Of a stretch of 64,000 nucleotides of DNA, positions 1 through 12,211 are shown one piece after another. The notes under the pieces are model-generated. The model searched no databases. It was given only the letters and a program-made list of their open reading frames with translations, and was not told the origin of the DNA. How positions within the stretch are numbered: position 1 is the stretch's first letter; each line of letters begins with the position of its first letter. The stretch comes from an uncultured Akkermansia sp. (GTDB lineage Bacteria > Bacteroidota > Bacteroidia > B-17B0 > Aurantibacillaceae), in the NCBI GenBank assembly GCA_964487105.1, contig CAZAPH010000002.1, positions 9,125 through 73,124 of the forward strand, given 5' to 3'. The position numbers and the translations under genes are program-made.

Positions 1-2269
1 TATCTCTTAATTTTAAGAAATCAACGAATGTTTTTTCAAGCTCTATTGATGTAAGTTGGATTTTAGGAATTGCGTTTGGTGTTTTAAATTCATTTAAATT
101 CAGTTTTGTTAAGGCTTTACCTGTACCCCACCAAATATTATTTTTATTATCTATACAAATACTGTTTCTCATAAAATCATTTGCTTTTAATCCTTCTTCA
201 GTATTATAATTAAATATTTTATAATTGTTTTTCTCTTTTATCAAAAGGTTTAATCCAAACTCTGTTGTAATCCAAAAATTATTTTCTTTATCTTGAGTTA
301 TTGATTTTATAGTGTTGTTACTTAAATTGTTTTTAGTGTCTATTATTGTTATTTTTGGATTAGCCGTGCCTATTGTTTTAGCATCAAGAATACTAATTCC
401 ATTGTTATTTCCTCCAAACCATATATTTCCTTCATTATCTTTAAAAACACAGTTTATTTTATTATCTGAAAGACCAGATTTTGTTGTGTACCATTTTAAA
501 AATTCTCCATCATAACAACACGCACCGGCTCCTTCTGTAGCTATCCAAATATTTTTATTATTGTCTTGTGTTATTCCATTAACTATAGCGGATGTTAAAT
601 CTTCATCGTCAATAAAACTTATAATTTGTGAGCCATTAAACCCACAAACTCCACCCTCATCTGTTCCAAACCAAATTACACCATTTTTATCTTTATACGA
701 GCACCTAATATAATCGCTAGTTAAACCTTGTTCTGTAGTATATGATTCAAAAGTAGAGCCGTTAAATTTAACTATTCCGTTTTGTTCTGTACCTAACCAA
801 GTTATATTACTATCATTTATAATAGTCATTATTCTATTACTTGGTAAGCCTTCTTTTTCTGTAAAATGTAAAAACGATTTGCCATCGTGATAAATTAAAC
901 CATCACCAAATGTTCCAAAAATTATGTTATTATTACTATCCTGTGAGATGCCCCTTACTGTATTATTTACAAAACCTTCGTTGGCAGTATAATGTATAAA
1001 AGAGTTTGTTTTTAATTTACACAAACCTCCTCCATAAGTTGCCATCCAAATATTATTAGATAAATCTTTTGCAATACTTAAAATATAATTATTGGTTAGA
1101 CCTTGTTCATTGGTATAACTTGTAATTTCTGAATTGGTATATTTACACAAACCTTTATCATAAGTTCCAATCCATAATGTGTTTTTATCCGTTAATAACG
1201 ATACAACACAGTTACTAGTTAAACCTCTTTTTTGAGTAATGTATTTAAATATTTTACCATCAAAAACATTAACTCCACCATCTTCTGTACCAAAGTATAA
1301 TATTCCGTTTTCATCTTCTGCTATGGCATGAATTATACTACTATTTAATCCTATACGTTCAGTATAATATTCGAAAGATTTTCCATTAAACTTACAAGCG
1401 CCCGAACCGGTTGTGCCAAACCAAATGTTTCCTTTTTTATCTTGTTTAATGCAACGAACCATGTTATTGCTTAACCCTTCGTTTTCTGTATATGGTGTTA
1501 AACTTTTACCATCATAACAATATGCTCCTCCACCATTTGTTCCAATCCAAATATTACCTTTATTGTCTTCTGTTATAGCAAGTACCGTATTATCGCCTAA
1601 ACCATTATCTGAAGTTAAGGCGTTAAAATTTTTTCCATCAAACCAACATACCCCCCCACCTTCTGTTCCAAACCAAATATTACCTTTACTGTCTTCAAAA
1701 ATAGTTAAAATGGTGTTGTTGCAAAGACCGTTATTAATCGTATAATTTAAAAAGGTTTCTCCGTCATACTTACAAACTCCCGCACCGTTAGACCCTATCC
1801 ATATATTATTGTTTTTGTCCACTATTACACTTTTTAATCTAGATGCTAAAAGCCCCTGATCAACATCAACATATTGTATGTTATACGAAGACGCATCTTT
1901 AAACCTAGGTGGCAATGCTTTAATCGGATGAGGTTGCTTACAAAGGGTTGTTTTAGGAGTTACAGTAAAGGAGGTTAGTTTTTTTAAAGTGTCTTCTCCA
2001 GGGGTTGTTATATATAAATCATTTAAAATATCAAAAGCTGTTAAATCGTTAATTGTAACCACATTTGAATTTGTAATAAAATTTAATGGATTAGAGGCTT
2101 TTGTAATTGTTGGTTTGCCGGCTGTTTTAATATCTAATTTAGCTCTGCGTACTTTTATTACCGCTTTATTTTTGTTTTGTGTTTCAGTAACAACTTCATT
2201 TTTATTATCATTTGAGCAAGAATAAAAAACAACAAGTACTATTAAACGTATTAAAAATTGAATTCTCAT
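1..2269 (-). CDS. Two-component regulator beta-propeller (Reg_prop repeat) sensor, probable lipoprotein; runs off the window start
   Basis: Not in the ORF track. ATG at 2269 reads MRIQFLIRLIVLVVFYSC (lipobox-like), followed by many 'DxKGNIWxGTxGGGV...GL' repeats. Confidence 0.85.
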   Translation of the reverse strand, partial: MRIQFLIRLIVLVVFYSCSNDNKNEVVTETQNKNKAVIKVRRAKLDIKTAGKPTITKASNPLNFITNSNVVTINDLTAFDILNDLYITTPGEDTLKKLTSFTVTPKTTLCKQPHPIKALPPRFKDASSYNIQYVDVDQGLLASRLKSVIVDKNNNIWIGSNGAGVCKYDGETFLNYTINNGLCNNTILTIFEDSKGNIWFGTEGGGVCWFDGKNFNALTSDNGLGDNTVLAITEDNKGNIWIGTNGGGAYCYDGKSLTPYTENEGLSNNMVRCIKQDKKGNIWFGTTGSGACKFNGKSFEYYTERIGLNSSIIHAIAEDENGILYFGTEDGGVNVFDGKIFKYITQKRGLTSNCVVSLLTDKNTLWIGTYDKGLCKYTNSEITSYTNEQGLTNNYILSIAKDLSNNIWMATYGGGLCKLKTNSFIHYTANEGFVNNTVRGISQDSNNNIIFGTFGDGLIYHDGKSFLHFTEKEGLPSNRIMTIINDSNITWLGTEQNGIVKFNGSTFESYTTEQGLTSDYIRCSYKDKNGVIWFGTDEGGVCGFNGSQIISFIDDEDLTSAIVNGITQDNNKNIWIATEGAGACCYDGEFLKWYTTKSGLSDNKINCVFKDNEGNIWFGGNNNGISILDAKTIGTANPKITIIDTKNNLSNNTIKSITQDKENNFWITTEFGLNLLIKEKNNYKIFNYNTEEGLKANDFMRNSICIDNKNNIWWGTGKALTKLNLNEFKTPNAIPKIQLTSIELEKTFVDFLKLRD

Positions 2270-2274
2270 TTCTA

Positions 2275-3363
2275 TTAATTAATAAAAATACAATTAAATT
2301 TTTGTTTATCAAACTCTTTCCCATTAACTATTAACGCTATAAAATGCTGTCCCTCATAATAACGACGAGTACTTAAAGGTTTAAAGCTGTGTTTTTTATT
2401 AAAAAATAGTTTTTCGTTAGAGTTTATTTTTCGTTCACTTATTTTAAAAACTTTTTTATTATGTTTATTATTAGAGATTTTAAAATATATTGCGTATTCT
2501 ATCCGAATATTAGTTGGTTTTAACGAATTGTTTACTAACTGAAAACTAAATTCAAGATTGTTGCCAATTTTTATTTGATTATTTTTTAAATTAAATAAAG
2601 AGACTTTTATAAGTTTGTTTTCTTTAACACCAAAGTGTTGTAACGCTTTTTGATTTCCTTGTTTTAATAGTGTACGTGCGCCATGTTTTAAAATCCAATT
2701 AGTGTTAATGTTATCGCTTTTCCATTCTTTTAAAATTTGTAAAACTAGCTCAGGGTTTTCTTTTGAGTAATCGTTAATATGATTGGCAACTGATTTTTTT
2801 ACATACAACTCATCATCTTCTTTTAAAATTTCAAGTATTGGTAATGTAAGATGCGGATTTTTAATTACTTCATCTAACTTAAACGACCATGGCAAACGCG
2901 GACGACACCCTTCGCTAGCTAAACGACGAACATGTGTGTTTTGGTTCTTTGCCCAGCTTTTCATCACTTTTAAAGTTGCTTGAAAATCTTTTTTTAAAAA
3001 AACACGAATTGCAAACTCTGAACTTCCAAATTGTGTAAAATAACTTAATGCTTCTAAAGAAAGATTAAAATCGTTTAAACCGTATAAACCAACATAATCA
3101 GGAAAAATTAAATTAGTATATCCATTTTTAAATTTTGGTGCTACTTGTTTTAAAACAGAAACACTTTCTTTATAATTATTAGGCAAGTACTTATTTAATG
3201 TTACGGTTGTGTGTCGAAGCCTTGCGTTTAACTCTCTGTTTTCTATTCCCTTTAACACATCGGATAAAAACCCTTTATCGTTAAAATTTTTTAATATACT
3301 TTTAATCTCTTTTGCAAGCGATAAATAGTAAACTTTATTAAACATTTCCTTTAGGGGTTCCAT
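2275..3363 (-). CDS. DNA alkylation repair protein (AlkC/AlkD-like HEAT repeat)
   Basis: SSEFAIR, HVRRLASEGCRPRLPW and YVKKSVANHIND motifs. Confidence 0.85.
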   Translation of the reverse strand: MEPLKEMFNKVYYLSLAKEIKSILKNFNDKGFLSDVLKGIENRELNARLRHTTVTLNKYLPNNYKESVSVLKQVAPKFKNGYTNLIFPDYVGLYGLNDFNLSLEALSYFTQFGSSEFAIRVFLKKDFQATLKVMKSWAKNQNTHVRRLASEGCRPRLPWSFKLDEVIKNPHLTLPILEILKEDDELYVKKSVANHINDYSKENPELVLQILKEWKSDNINTNWILKHGARTLLKQGNQKALQHFGVKENKLIKVSLFNLKNNQIKIGNNLEFSFQLVNNSLKPTNIRIEYAIYFKISNNKHNKKVFKISERKINSNEKLFFNKKHSFKPLSTRRYYEGQHFIALIVNGKEFDKQKFNCIFIN

Positions 3364-3369
3364 AAAGAC

Positions 3370-6030
3370 TTAAACTAAAGCATTTAATTGTTCTTTTATG
3401 GCCTTAATTTTAGTTTCAGCATCTGCTTTCTTTTTATTTTCTGAAGCTAAAATTTCGGGTTTTGCATTTGCAACAAACTTTTCGTTACTCAATTTTTTCA
3501 TTACACTTTCTAAAAAGCCAATATTGTAATTTAATTCTTTTTCTAAACGTGCGCGTTCTTCGGCAACGTTTATGTTTGTTGAAAGCGGTATAAAAAACTC
3601 CGTTGTTTTTATTTGAAACGCAAACGCACCTTCTATTTTTTCTTTAGTATAATTAAACTTAGATAAGTTTGCCAGCTTTATTATCGTATCATCAAAATAG
3701 GAATTTGTTGCTTCTGATTTTTCAAACACTTCTAATTTTTCTTTAGGCGAAATTTGTTTTTGTGCACGCACATTTCTTACAGTTGCTACTAATTCTTTTG
3801 CAACTTCAAACTCGACTAATAATTTATTGTCTGTTTTACTTATAGTTGGCCAATTTGCAATTATTATACACTCTTTTTCTGTTCGTGTTGAAATTAAATG
3901 CCAAATTTCTTCGGTAATAAAAGGCATCCACGGGTGCATAATTTTTAATAACTGTTCTAAGAAATTAATTGTAGCATCATACGTTGTTTTATCAATTGGT
4001 TGTGCTTTACCATCAATAAATTCGGGTTTAATAGCTTCCAAATACCAGGCGCAAAAATCATCCCACACTAATTTATAGGTTGTCATTAACGCATCGCTCA
4101 TGCGGTATTTTGAATAATGCTCATTAATAATTTCTAATTGTTCCGATAATCTATTTCCAAACCATGTTATTGCTGCTTTTGATGATTGTGGTTGTTCCAT
4201 CTCGACTCCGTTCGATGTGACAGAGGCTACCTCAAACCCTTTAATTAAGCGGAATGCATTCCATACTTTATTTGCAAAGTTTCTGCCTTGCTCGCAATAA
4301 CTTTCATCAAACATTAAATCGTTACCCGCTGGCGAGCATAACAACATACCAACGCGCACACCATCTGCGCCATATTTTTCAATTAACTCTAATGGGTCAG
4401 GAGAGTTTCCTAAACTCTTACTCATTTTACGGCCAAGTTTATCGCGAACAATTCCCGTTAAATAAACATTGGTAAAAGGTTTTTGTCCTGTATATTCTTT
4501 CCCTGCAATAATCATACGCGCTACCCAAAAAAATAAAATTTCGGGTGCGGTAACTAAATCATTTGTTGGGTAATAGTATTTTAAATCGGCATTGGCTTTA
4601 TCCCAACCATTTTTAATTATGTTTGCATCAAAAACAGTTAATGGCCATAACCACGATGAAAACCAAGTATCGAGAACATCTTCATCTTGTTTTATGTTTT
4701 CGCTTTTAACTTCTGCATTTAAACTTTTAAATTTTTCAAATGCTTCCTCTTTTGTTTTCGCAACTACGGTATTCCCATTACCATCATACCAAGCAGGAAT
4801 GCGTTGTCCCCACCATAATTGGCGACTAATACACCAATCGTGTACATTTTCCATCCAATGCTTGTAGGTATTTATAAATTTTTCGGGAATTAATTTTACT
4901 TCGTTATTTAACACAGCCTCTAAAGCGGGTTTGCTAACGGTATCCATTTTTAAGAACCATTGCATGCTTAGGCGAGGTTCTATAATAGCATCAGTTCGTT
5001 CACTATGCCCATCTTAGTTTTTTATAGTTTCTACTTTAGTAACAAAGCCTTGTTCTTGTAAATCTTTTATAATTTGTTTTCTGCAGGTAAATCTATCCAT
5101 GCCAACATAAATTTGGGCTGCTTCGCTAATTTTACCCTCTTGTGTTAAGCCGTCAATAGTAGGTAAGTTATGTTTTTGTCCTAAATTAAAATCATTAATA
5201 TCGTGTGCTGGTGTTACTTTTAAAGCTCCTGTCCCAAAAGTTGCATCAACATACTCATCAAAAATTAACGGGATAACTTTATTAATTAAAGGAATAATAA
5301 CTTTTTTTCCTTTTAAATGAGTATATCTTTCATCAGTAGGATTTACGCAAACCGCAGTATCTGCCATTATGGTTTCAGGGCGGGTTGTAGCAATGGTTAC
5401 ATGCCCATCTTCACCTTCAATTTTATAATTTATGTAAACCAATTGCGAGTCTTTTTCTTTATAAATCACTTCTTCATCGCTCACGGCAGTTAAGCCTTGG
5501 GGGTCCCAATTTACCATACGAACGCCACGATAAATTTGTCCTTTATTATATAAATCAATAAAAACATCAATTACGGCTTCGCTAAGGGGCTCATCCATAG
5601 TAAATTTTGTGCGGTCCCAATCACAAGAAGCGCCCAGTTTTTTTAATTGCTCAAGAATTATTCCTCCATATTTTTCTTTCCAGTCCCAAGCGTGTTTTAA
5701 AAAATCTTCGCGCGATAAATCTTTTTTACTTATCCCTTTTTCTTTTAATAAAGCAACAACTTTTGCTTCGGTTGCAATACTTGCATGGTCGGTACCTGGC
5801 ACCCAACAAGCATTATACCCTAACATACGCGCACGACGAATTAATACATCTTGTATGGTATTGTTTAACATATGGCCCATGTGCAACACCCCTGTTACAT
5901 TAGGAGGAGGGATAACAATAGTATAAGGTGTTCGGTCATCTGGTGTTGATTTAAAAAATTGATACTTTAACCAATGAGGATACCATTTTAATTCGGCTTC
6001 CTTAGGATTATATGTTTTAGCAATTTCCAT
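3370..6030 (-). CDS. valS: Valine--tRNA ligase, interrupted by one in-frame TAA at 5014-5016
   Basis: [28 protein letters not shown] and a C-terminal coiled coil. The two ORF halves share one frame and the intervening codons read [16 protein letters not shown]. Confidence 0.95.
4198..4222 (-). repeat. REP-like element inside the valS coding sequence
   Basis: TGTCACATCGAACGGAGTCGAGATG matches the intergenic TGTCAGGTCGAGCGGAGTCGAGACT at 12919-12943 in 20 of 25 positions. Confidence 0.65.
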
Positions 6031-6159
6031 GTTTGTTAAATTCGGTAAAAAAATCTGTTAAATTTCGCAAAAATACATAAAGATTACGAGGTGTAAACTA
6101 TCTTTATGGCACGATATTAGTAATATATCAAAATATTTTTAAAACTAAAAAAGAACAAT

Positions 6160-6663
6160 ATGAAAAAATTAATTTACACTTTAGGTTTAGTAATTGGTTT
6201 ATCTACCTTAAGCATTGCACAAGAGCATAGCGCAAACGATGGCCACAATCACGGCGCTGCCCCAACTGTTAGTGCTGCCCCAACTAGTTTAGCAGATATT
6301 AAATTAGATAAGCTTGTACATGATTATGGTAACATTAAACAAGGTGATAATGGAGAGTGTGTGTTTAAATTTACAAATAATGGTAAAGAGCCATTAGTAA
6401 TTACAAGTTGTATGGGTAGTTGCGGTTGCACTGTGCCTCAATGTCCTACTCAACCTATTTTACCAGGTAAAATGGGAGAAATTAAAGTAAAATATGATAC
6501 CAATAGAGTTGGAGGAATTTATAAAACAGTTACTGTAAATAGTAATGCTAAAAGTGGAGTTACTACGTTAACTATTAAAGGTAATGTTGAAGCAAAACCA
6601 GTTGAAACACCTTTCCCAGAAAATAAAACTTCGCAAGGTGCACCAGTTGAGAAAAAAAGCTAA
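6160..6663 (+). CDS. DUF1573 domain secreted protein
   Basis: Signal peptide; F(T)NxGxxPLVI...SCGCT...PILPG motif; His-rich segment. Confidence 0.9.
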   Translation: MKKLIYTLGLVIGLSTLSIAQEHSANDGHNHGAAPTVSAAPTSLADIKLDKLVHDYGNIKQGDNGECVFKFTNNGKEPLVITSCMGSCGCTVPQCPTQPILPGKMGEIKVKYDTNRVGGIYKTVTVNSNAKSGVTTLTIKGNVEAKPVETPFPENKTSQGAPVEKKS

Positions 6664-6678
6664 TTAAATAATTTTACA

Positions 6679-7095
6679 ATGAAAAAATTACTAGTTGTAT
6701 TGTTTGCGTTTTTTGGAAGTTTTGTGTTTGCACAAACTGATGCTAACGCACCAGACATTAAATTTGATTCGGAAATTTTAGATTATGGCTCGATTGATTA
6801 CGATGCTAATGGAATAAGAGAGTTTAAATTTACAAATGTTGGAAAATCTCCTTTAACAATTAGCTCTGTTACCGGAGAGTGTGGATGCACCGCTACTACA
6901 ATTGATGGTAAACCAGGCTGGCCACAAGAACCAATATTACCAGGTAAAAGTGGTGTAATAAAAGTAAAATATGATACAAAACGTGAAGGTAGATTTGATA
7001 AAAATGTAACCGTAAGCAGTAACGCTAAAGTAGCAACTATAAAAATTAGAATTAAAGGAGAAATAAAAGCTAAGCCTTTAGAAGATGCGAAATAA
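6679..7095 (+). CDS. DUF1573 domain secreted protein
   Basis: FTNVGKSPLTI...CGCT...PILPG motif. Confidence 0.9.
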   Translation: MKKLLVVLFAFFGSFVFAQTDANAPDIKFDSEILDYGSIDYDANGIREFKFTNVGKSPLTISSVTGECGCTATTIDGKPGWPQEPILPGKSGVIKVKYDTKREGRFDKNVTVSSNAKVATIKIRIKGEIKAKPLEDAK

Positions 7096-7495
7096 TTTAA
7101 AATTAAAAATTAAAAATCCCACAACTAAATTTTGTGGGATTTTTTTTATACTTTTTCTATACTCATATGGGTTAAGTGCTCAATCAAAAATTGAAATTAG
7201 CGATACTAAAAAAAATTTTGGAATTGTAAAAAAAGGAGAAATTGTAAAAATTAATTATGAGGTTAAAAACACAGGTAACGCCCCTCTTATACTAGACAGT
7301 GTTGAGGTGAGCTGTAGCTGCACAACAAGTGAATTTAGTAAAAAACCCATTTTTACTAACACAACACACACAGTAACTTTAATTTTTAACACAACAACAA
7401 CTTACGATAGGCAAGATAGAATTGCTCTTTTATATAGTAATGGCAGTAAAGAACCTGTAAAATTAAGGTATAAGGGTGTTGTTTTAAAAAAATAA
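7085..7495 (+). CDS. DUF1573 domain protein (start uncertain)
   Basis: KNTGNAPLIL...SCSCT motif. Confidence 0.8.
   Translation: MRNNLKLKIKNPTTKFCGIFFILFLYSYGLSAQSKIEISDTKKNFGIVKKGEIVKINYEVKNTGNAPLILDSVEVSCSCTTSEFSKKPIFTNTTHTVTLIFNTTTTYDRQDRIALLYSNGSKEPVKLRYKGVVLKK
7112..7148 (+). terminator. Intrinsic terminator hairpin overlapping the 5' end of the third DUF1573 ORF
   Basis: AAAAATCCCACAA...TTGTGGGATTTTT stem followed by a T tract. Confidence 0.7.
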
Positions 7496-7497
7496 AT

Positions 7498-8520
7498 TTA
7501 ATACGTAAACGATTTAACGGTATCAACAAATAATTTTACTTTGCTTTTTTCAATATCAGGATACAAACCATGGCCTAAATTGCAAATATAATTTTGTTTT
7601 CCAAAAGCTAGTAACATGGCTTGTGTTTCGCTAACAATTTTTTCGTCGTTTGCATATAATAAACAAGGGTCGGCATTTCCTTGTAATGTTTTACCATTAC
7701 TTAATTTTTTTGCAATTAAAGGGTTAATAGTCCAATCTAAACCTATATTGTTGCAGTTGGTTTGCGCAATTTTTTCTATAGCATAGTGAGCGTCTTTAGC
7801 AAAAATAGTTACAGGGGCTAATGTATGTATTTCATCAACAATTTGCGACATGTAGTTTAAACTAAACTCGTAAAACATTTTTTCGCTTAAAACACCCGCC
7901 CACGAATCAAACAACTGTATAATGTTTGCTCCATTTTTTACTTGTGCTTTTAAATAATTTATAGTTGAAGTAGTTATTTTTTGCAATAAAGCATGCGCTA
8001 ATTTAGGTTCGGTATATAAAAACTGTTTGGCTTTACTAAATGTTTTACTTCCTCCTCCCTCAATCATGTATGCTAAAATAGTAAATGGTGCGCCAGCAAA
8101 ACCAATTAAAGGTACCCTGTTGTTAAGTTCCTTTTTTGAGAGCTGAATAGCTTTTATTACATAATCTAAATCTTCGGCTTGTGCTATTTTTAAAGCGTCA
8201 ATATTTGCTTTTGTTTTAATTGTAGATGGGAAAAAAGGGCCTTTTGCTTCAACCATTTCATAAGGTAAACCCATGGCTTCGGGTATAACTAAAATATCGC
8301 TAAAAATAATTGCAGCATCAACCCCTAAACTATCAACAGGTTGTATTGTAACTTCTGCTGCCAACTCTGGGTTTTTAACAAATTCAATAAAGTTTTTTGC
8401 TTTTGCTCTTGTTGCTCTATATTCTGGCAACACTCTACCCGCTTGTCTCATCAACCAAACCGGAGCTCTTTCTACTTCTTTGCCTAACGAAGCTTTAAGC
8501 AATAAATCGTTCTTCAACAT
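7498..8520 (-). CDS. hemE: Uroporphyrinogen decarboxylase
   Basis: [25 protein letters not shown] and NLGHG motifs. Confidence 0.97.
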   Translation of the reverse strand: MLKNDLLLKASLGKEVERAPVWLMRQAGRVLPEYRATRAKAKNFIEFVKNPELAAEVTIQPVDSLGVDAAIIFSDILVIPEAMGLPYEMVEAKGPFFPSTIKTKANIDALKIAQAEDLDYVIKAIQLSKKELNNRVPLIGFAGAPFTILAYMIEGGGSKTFSKAKQFLYTEPKLAHALLQKITTSTINYLKAQVKNGANIIQLFDSWAGVLSEKMFYEFSLNYMSQIVDEIHTLAPVTIFAKDAHYAIEKIAQTNCNNIGLDWTINPLIAKKLSNGKTLQGNADPCLLYANDEKIVSETQAMLLAFGKQNYICNLGHGLYPDIEKSKVKLFVDTVKSFTY

Positions 8521-8609
8521 AATTTATAAAGGTAAAGTTAAATCTCTAAAAATACACGAATGGCAAAACTTTTTAATTTAATTTTTTTGATATTTGTAAA
8601 ATCTCTTTT

Positions 8610-10598
8610 ATGAAAAATATTATTGTTTTATTTTTATTGTTTTCGTTAAATACAATTGCACAAACTCATTTCTGCGCAAAACACAAACAAACCTCAGCGG
8701 CTTCGCAAATTTATCATTCTAAATTAACTTCTAATTTATCCTCTCAAATTTCACATGAGCTAAAGTATGATGTTAAGTTTGTGCACTTAAAATTAAATTT
8801 AGAAAGAACCAATAAAAACGTTAGTGGGGGTGTTACTACAGTTGCAACAGTTACGGTTTCTAGCATGGATACCTTTATGTTAGTGCTACACCAAAACCAC
8901 ACAATAGATTCGGTAAGATTTAACGGTACATTATCCCCTTTTGTTAGACAAGATAGTTCTCTTAAAATTAAAGCGCCTTTACCTTTAGTAAACGGAACAA
9001 CATTTACAGCTACGGTATATTACCACGGCACCGCTCCTGTTGGAGGTGCAGCAATTGGAAATGGATTTAGCAACGGAACTAGTAGTAGTTGGGGTAACCA
9101 AGTTACATGGAGTTTAAGCGAAAGTATTGCTGCATATCATTGGTGGCCTTGTAAACAAATATTAACAGATAAAATTGATAGTAGTTGGGTGTTTGTTACA
9201 ACAGATTCTGCAAACAAAGTGGGCTCTAACGGTTTACTAAAAAACGTAGTTACAATTGGAAATAAAAAAAGATACGAATGGAAAAGCAAAAACCCCATTG
9301 ATTATTATTTAATATCTGTAGCAATAGCAAAATACAAAGAGTATAACATTTATGCTAAACCTTTATTCCTTGGTGGTGATTCTATTTTAATTCAAAATTA
9401 TATTTATGATAATGCGCTAAACAACTCGTTATTTAATAGTCAAAAAACCGCGCTTAATAAAATGCCACAAGTAATGAATTTATTTTGTAATTTATTTGGC
9501 ATGTACCCATTTTATAAAGAAAAATATGGCCACTGTATGGCGCCTTTTGGTGGAGGCATGGAGCATCAAACAATGACTAGCTTAGGTTTTTTTGATTATT
9601 ATGTTGATGCGCACGAATTAGGACATCAATGGTGGGGAGATTATGTTACATGTAAAACTTGGGGTGATATATGGATAAACGAAGGGTTTGCAAGTTATTG
9701 CGAACACCTAACAGCTCAATATTTAGATGCCTCAAACTTTCAACCAAACTTAAGTACAGCACACAGTAATGTTATGAGCCAAAACGGTGGAAGTATTTAT
9801 TTTACCGGTAACGATACAATGGATGCTAATAGAATTTTTGACAGTAGATTAACTTACGATAAAGGTGGTGCAATTATTAGAACCTTACAATTTGTAACCA
9901 ACAATGATAGTTTATGGTTTAATACATTACGTGGGTTTTTAAACACGTATAAATTTAACACCGCTAGTGTTGTTGATTTTAAAAATTACTATCAAACGCA
10001 AACCGGCATAAATGCTACACAGTTTTTTAACCAATGGTATTATGGCGAAGGCTATCCAACCTTTAACGTTACTTATAATAAAATAGGAAATGTGTTTGTT
10101 TTAAAAAGCAACCAAACAACCAGTATGCCAAGTAGTGTGCCCGTTTTTATAACACCAATGGAGTATAAAATAACGCGTACTGCTATGTCCGATACTATAA
10201 TTAGAGTAATGCAAAATTTAAACACCGAAACTTATACTATTGCTATGCAAGGCACAATTACAAGTGTTGTTTGCGATCCAAATAATTTTGTAATTAATAA
10301 AGTAGTTGGTCCTACAAATGATCCCAATTTAATTGTTTGTCTTTCAGAAAATCAATTAAAACACTCATTAATTAAAATAGGTCCTAACCCGTTTAAAAAC
10401 GACATTCAAATTAATAATATTACACCTGATGCGGAATGGGTAGAATTAATTGACGTTAACGGAAAATTAATTACTAAACACTTAATAACAGGCACTCAAC
10501 AAACCATTAATACAAATGTAAAAACGGGGGTTTATTTTATCTCGATAAAAAATAAAAAAAATGAGCCCCTACTAATTTATAAGTTAATTAAAGACTAA
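8610..10598 (+). CDS. M1-family aminopeptidase with T9SS C-terminal sorting domain
   Basis: [14 protein letters not shown]...NEGFA, YDKG; C-terminal PNPF...GVYFI...KLIK. Confidence 0.92.
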   Translation: MKNIIVLFLLFSLNTIAQTHFCAKHKQTSAASQIYHSKLTSNLSSQISHELKYDVKFVHLKLNLERTNKNVSGGVTTVATVTVSSMDTFMLVLHQNHTIDSVRFNGTLSPFVRQDSSLKIKAPLPLVNGTTFTATVYYHGTAPVGGAAIGNGFSNGTSSSWGNQVTWSLSESIAAYHWWPCKQILTDKIDSSWVFVTTDSANKVGSNGLLKNVVTIGNKKRYEWKSKNPIDYYLISVAIAKYKEYNIYAKPLFLGGDSILIQNYIYDNALNNSLFNSQKTALNKMPQVMNLFCNLFGMYPFYKEKYGHCMAPFGGGMEHQTMTSLGFFDYYVDAHELGHQWWGDYVTCKTWGDIWINEGFASYCEHLTAQYLDASNFQPNLSTAHSNVMSQNGGSIYFTGNDTMDANRIFDSRLTYDKGGAIIRTLQFVTNNDSLWFNTLRGFLNTYKFNTASVVDFKNYYQTQTGINATQFFNQWYYGEGYPTFNVTYNKIGNVFVLKSNQTTSMPSSVPVFITPMEYKITRTAMSDTIIRVMQNLNTETYTIAMQGTITSVVCDPNNFVINKVVGPTNDPNLIVCLSENQLKHSLIKIGPNPFKNDIQINNITPDAEWVELIDVNGKLITKHLITGTQQTINTNVKTGVYFISIKNKKNEPLLIYKLIKD

Positions 10599-10689
10599 TT
10601 TTTTTAACCAATTAATTAAAGGTTTAAGTATAAGTTAAACTGTTTCTGGTTAAAGAAAAAGAACTTGTATGTTTATAGTTTTAAAAAAA

Positions 10690-11229
10690 TTAATTTATTG
10701 ATGGTTGATTGAGAATATCACCAAAAATAGCATAAGAGGGTTTAATTAATTCTAGTTGTGTTTTCCAAATAGAATCACTGTTTTTTTCGAAAATTTGTTT
10801 TGTGTTTGCTTTGCTTTTAAACCAATGGTTTTTATCAATCTCGTTTTGCAGCTGACTTGGCCCCCAGCCACTATAGCCCATAAATAATTTTAAATTATTT
10901 TCATGTGCAACACCGGTTTCAACTGCATTTAAAATTTCATCAAAATCGCCACCAATGTATATGTTTTTAGAAATTAATTGTGTGTTAGGAATAATTTCGC
11001 CTAAAGTGTGAATATAAAAAAGTTGATTCCTTCCAACGGGGCCACCATCAAAAACGGGAATGTTTCCATTTTTAATTTGTGGTCTTAAATCCCGTAGTTT
11101 AAATAAAGTTTTAAAATTAATTACAAACCCAAAGCTTTCTTGTTTTGTATGGCTAGTAATTAATACTACAGATTTATTAAAAAAACCATCAAAAGCTAAA
11201 GGATGTGCTATTAAAAATGTAAAATTCAA
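10690..11229 (-). CDS. YqgE/AlgH family protein
   Basis: F.KSVV, GGPV and GYSGWGPSQLQNEI motifs. Confidence 0.9.
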   Translation of the reverse strand: MNFTFLIAHPLAFDGFFNKSVVLITSHTKQESFGFVINFKTLFKLRDLRPQIKNGNIPVFDGGPVGRNQLFYIHTLGEIIPNTQLISKNIYIGGDFDEILNAVETGVAHENNLKLFMGYSGWGPSQLQNEIDKNHWFKSKANTKQIFEKNSDSIWKTQLELIKPSYAIFGDILNQPSIN

Positions 11230-11234
11230 AAAAA

Positions 11235-12152
11235 TTAATCAAGTTTTAAATTAGAACTACCAACCACTACGCCATCGCAAGTTATTTCAATTATATAATT
11301 TCCACTAACTAACTCGCCTTGCCCTTCGCAATAAGTAACCCCTGTAATTTCAACATTTGCATAATTTAAAGTTTCTTTCCCTGCATAATAGCCACTACTT
11401 TTACCAAAAGTAAACTTATACCCATCATCATAACCTTTAGCCATTTCTTTACCATCAGGTGTAATTATTCTAATGTAAACGGTTTTTTCTCCGGCCTTTG
11501 CAATTTTATTTTCGCCTAAAGAAAATGTTACTTTTATTTTTTCAGCTTTTCGGGCTTTGCTTGTTTCTACTTCTTTTTTACCTCCACGTTTTAATTGAAC
11601 ACCTTTTGCGGTTATATTAAAACAAGTTAATACACTTCCTTTTGCAATTGTAGTTTTTAATTCTTCTTTTTCTTTAATTAATGTGTTTTCTTTTTCTTTT
11701 TGCTCATCTAATTGTTTTAAAACCGTTTTCTTTTCAGCTACTAAATTTTGATTTAATGTGTTTAATGAATCTATTGTTTTTACATAGCCTTTCATTATTT
11801 CGCGCAACGTTTCTGTTTCTTTTCTAAGTTTAGAAATAATATAAGCATCGCCTTTATGTTTTTCGGCTTCTTTAATTAACTCTTCTATTCTGGCTTTTTT
11901 TTCATCTATATCAGCCTGCATTGCGGCATTGTTGGTTTTTAAGCCGTCAAAATCTGTTTTTAATGCAATTAAATCGTTTTTTACATTATCGCGCTCAATA
12001 ATAATTTTTTCGGTAACAATTTTTTGTTCTATTATTTTGTTTTTTTCTGTAAATAATAACCAACCTGTTATACCGTTAGTAATTAATAAAAAAAGTATTA
12101 AAATCCATAAAAAAACGGCTCTGTTTTTTTTGTTTGTTTGTTGGTCTGTCAT
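11235..12152 (-). CDS. Membrane-anchored coiled-coil hypothetical protein
   Basis: N-terminal TM segment, long heptad region, beta-rich C-terminal domain. Confidence 0.7.
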   Translation of the reverse strand: MTDQQTNKKNRAVFLWILILFLLITNGITGWLLFTEKNKIIEQKIVTEKIIIERDNVKNDLIALKTDFDGLKTNNAAMQADIDEKKARIEELIKEAEKHKGDAYIISKLRKETETLREIMKGYVKTIDSLNTLNQNLVAEKKTVLKQLDEQKEKENTLIKEKEELKTTIAKGSVLTCFNITAKGVQLKRGGKKEVETSKARKAEKIKVTFSLGENKIAKAGEKTVYIRIITPDGKEMAKGYDDGYKFTFGKSSGYYAGKETLNYANVEITGVTYCEGQGELVSGNYIIEITCDGVVVGSSNLKLD

Positions 12153-12211
12153 TTTAAATAAAAAATTAATACAAAATTACTAATCTTTAGTTGTACTTTT
12201 GAAATGGTATT

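Noticed and set aside
312..2225. Short plus-strand ORFs
   Set aside because: They are antisense to the long Reg_prop gene; the same applies to most short ORFs overlapping confident genes elsewhere.
5014..5016. Stop-codon reassignment
   Set aside because: TAA terminates most genes in the window and this is a single instance.
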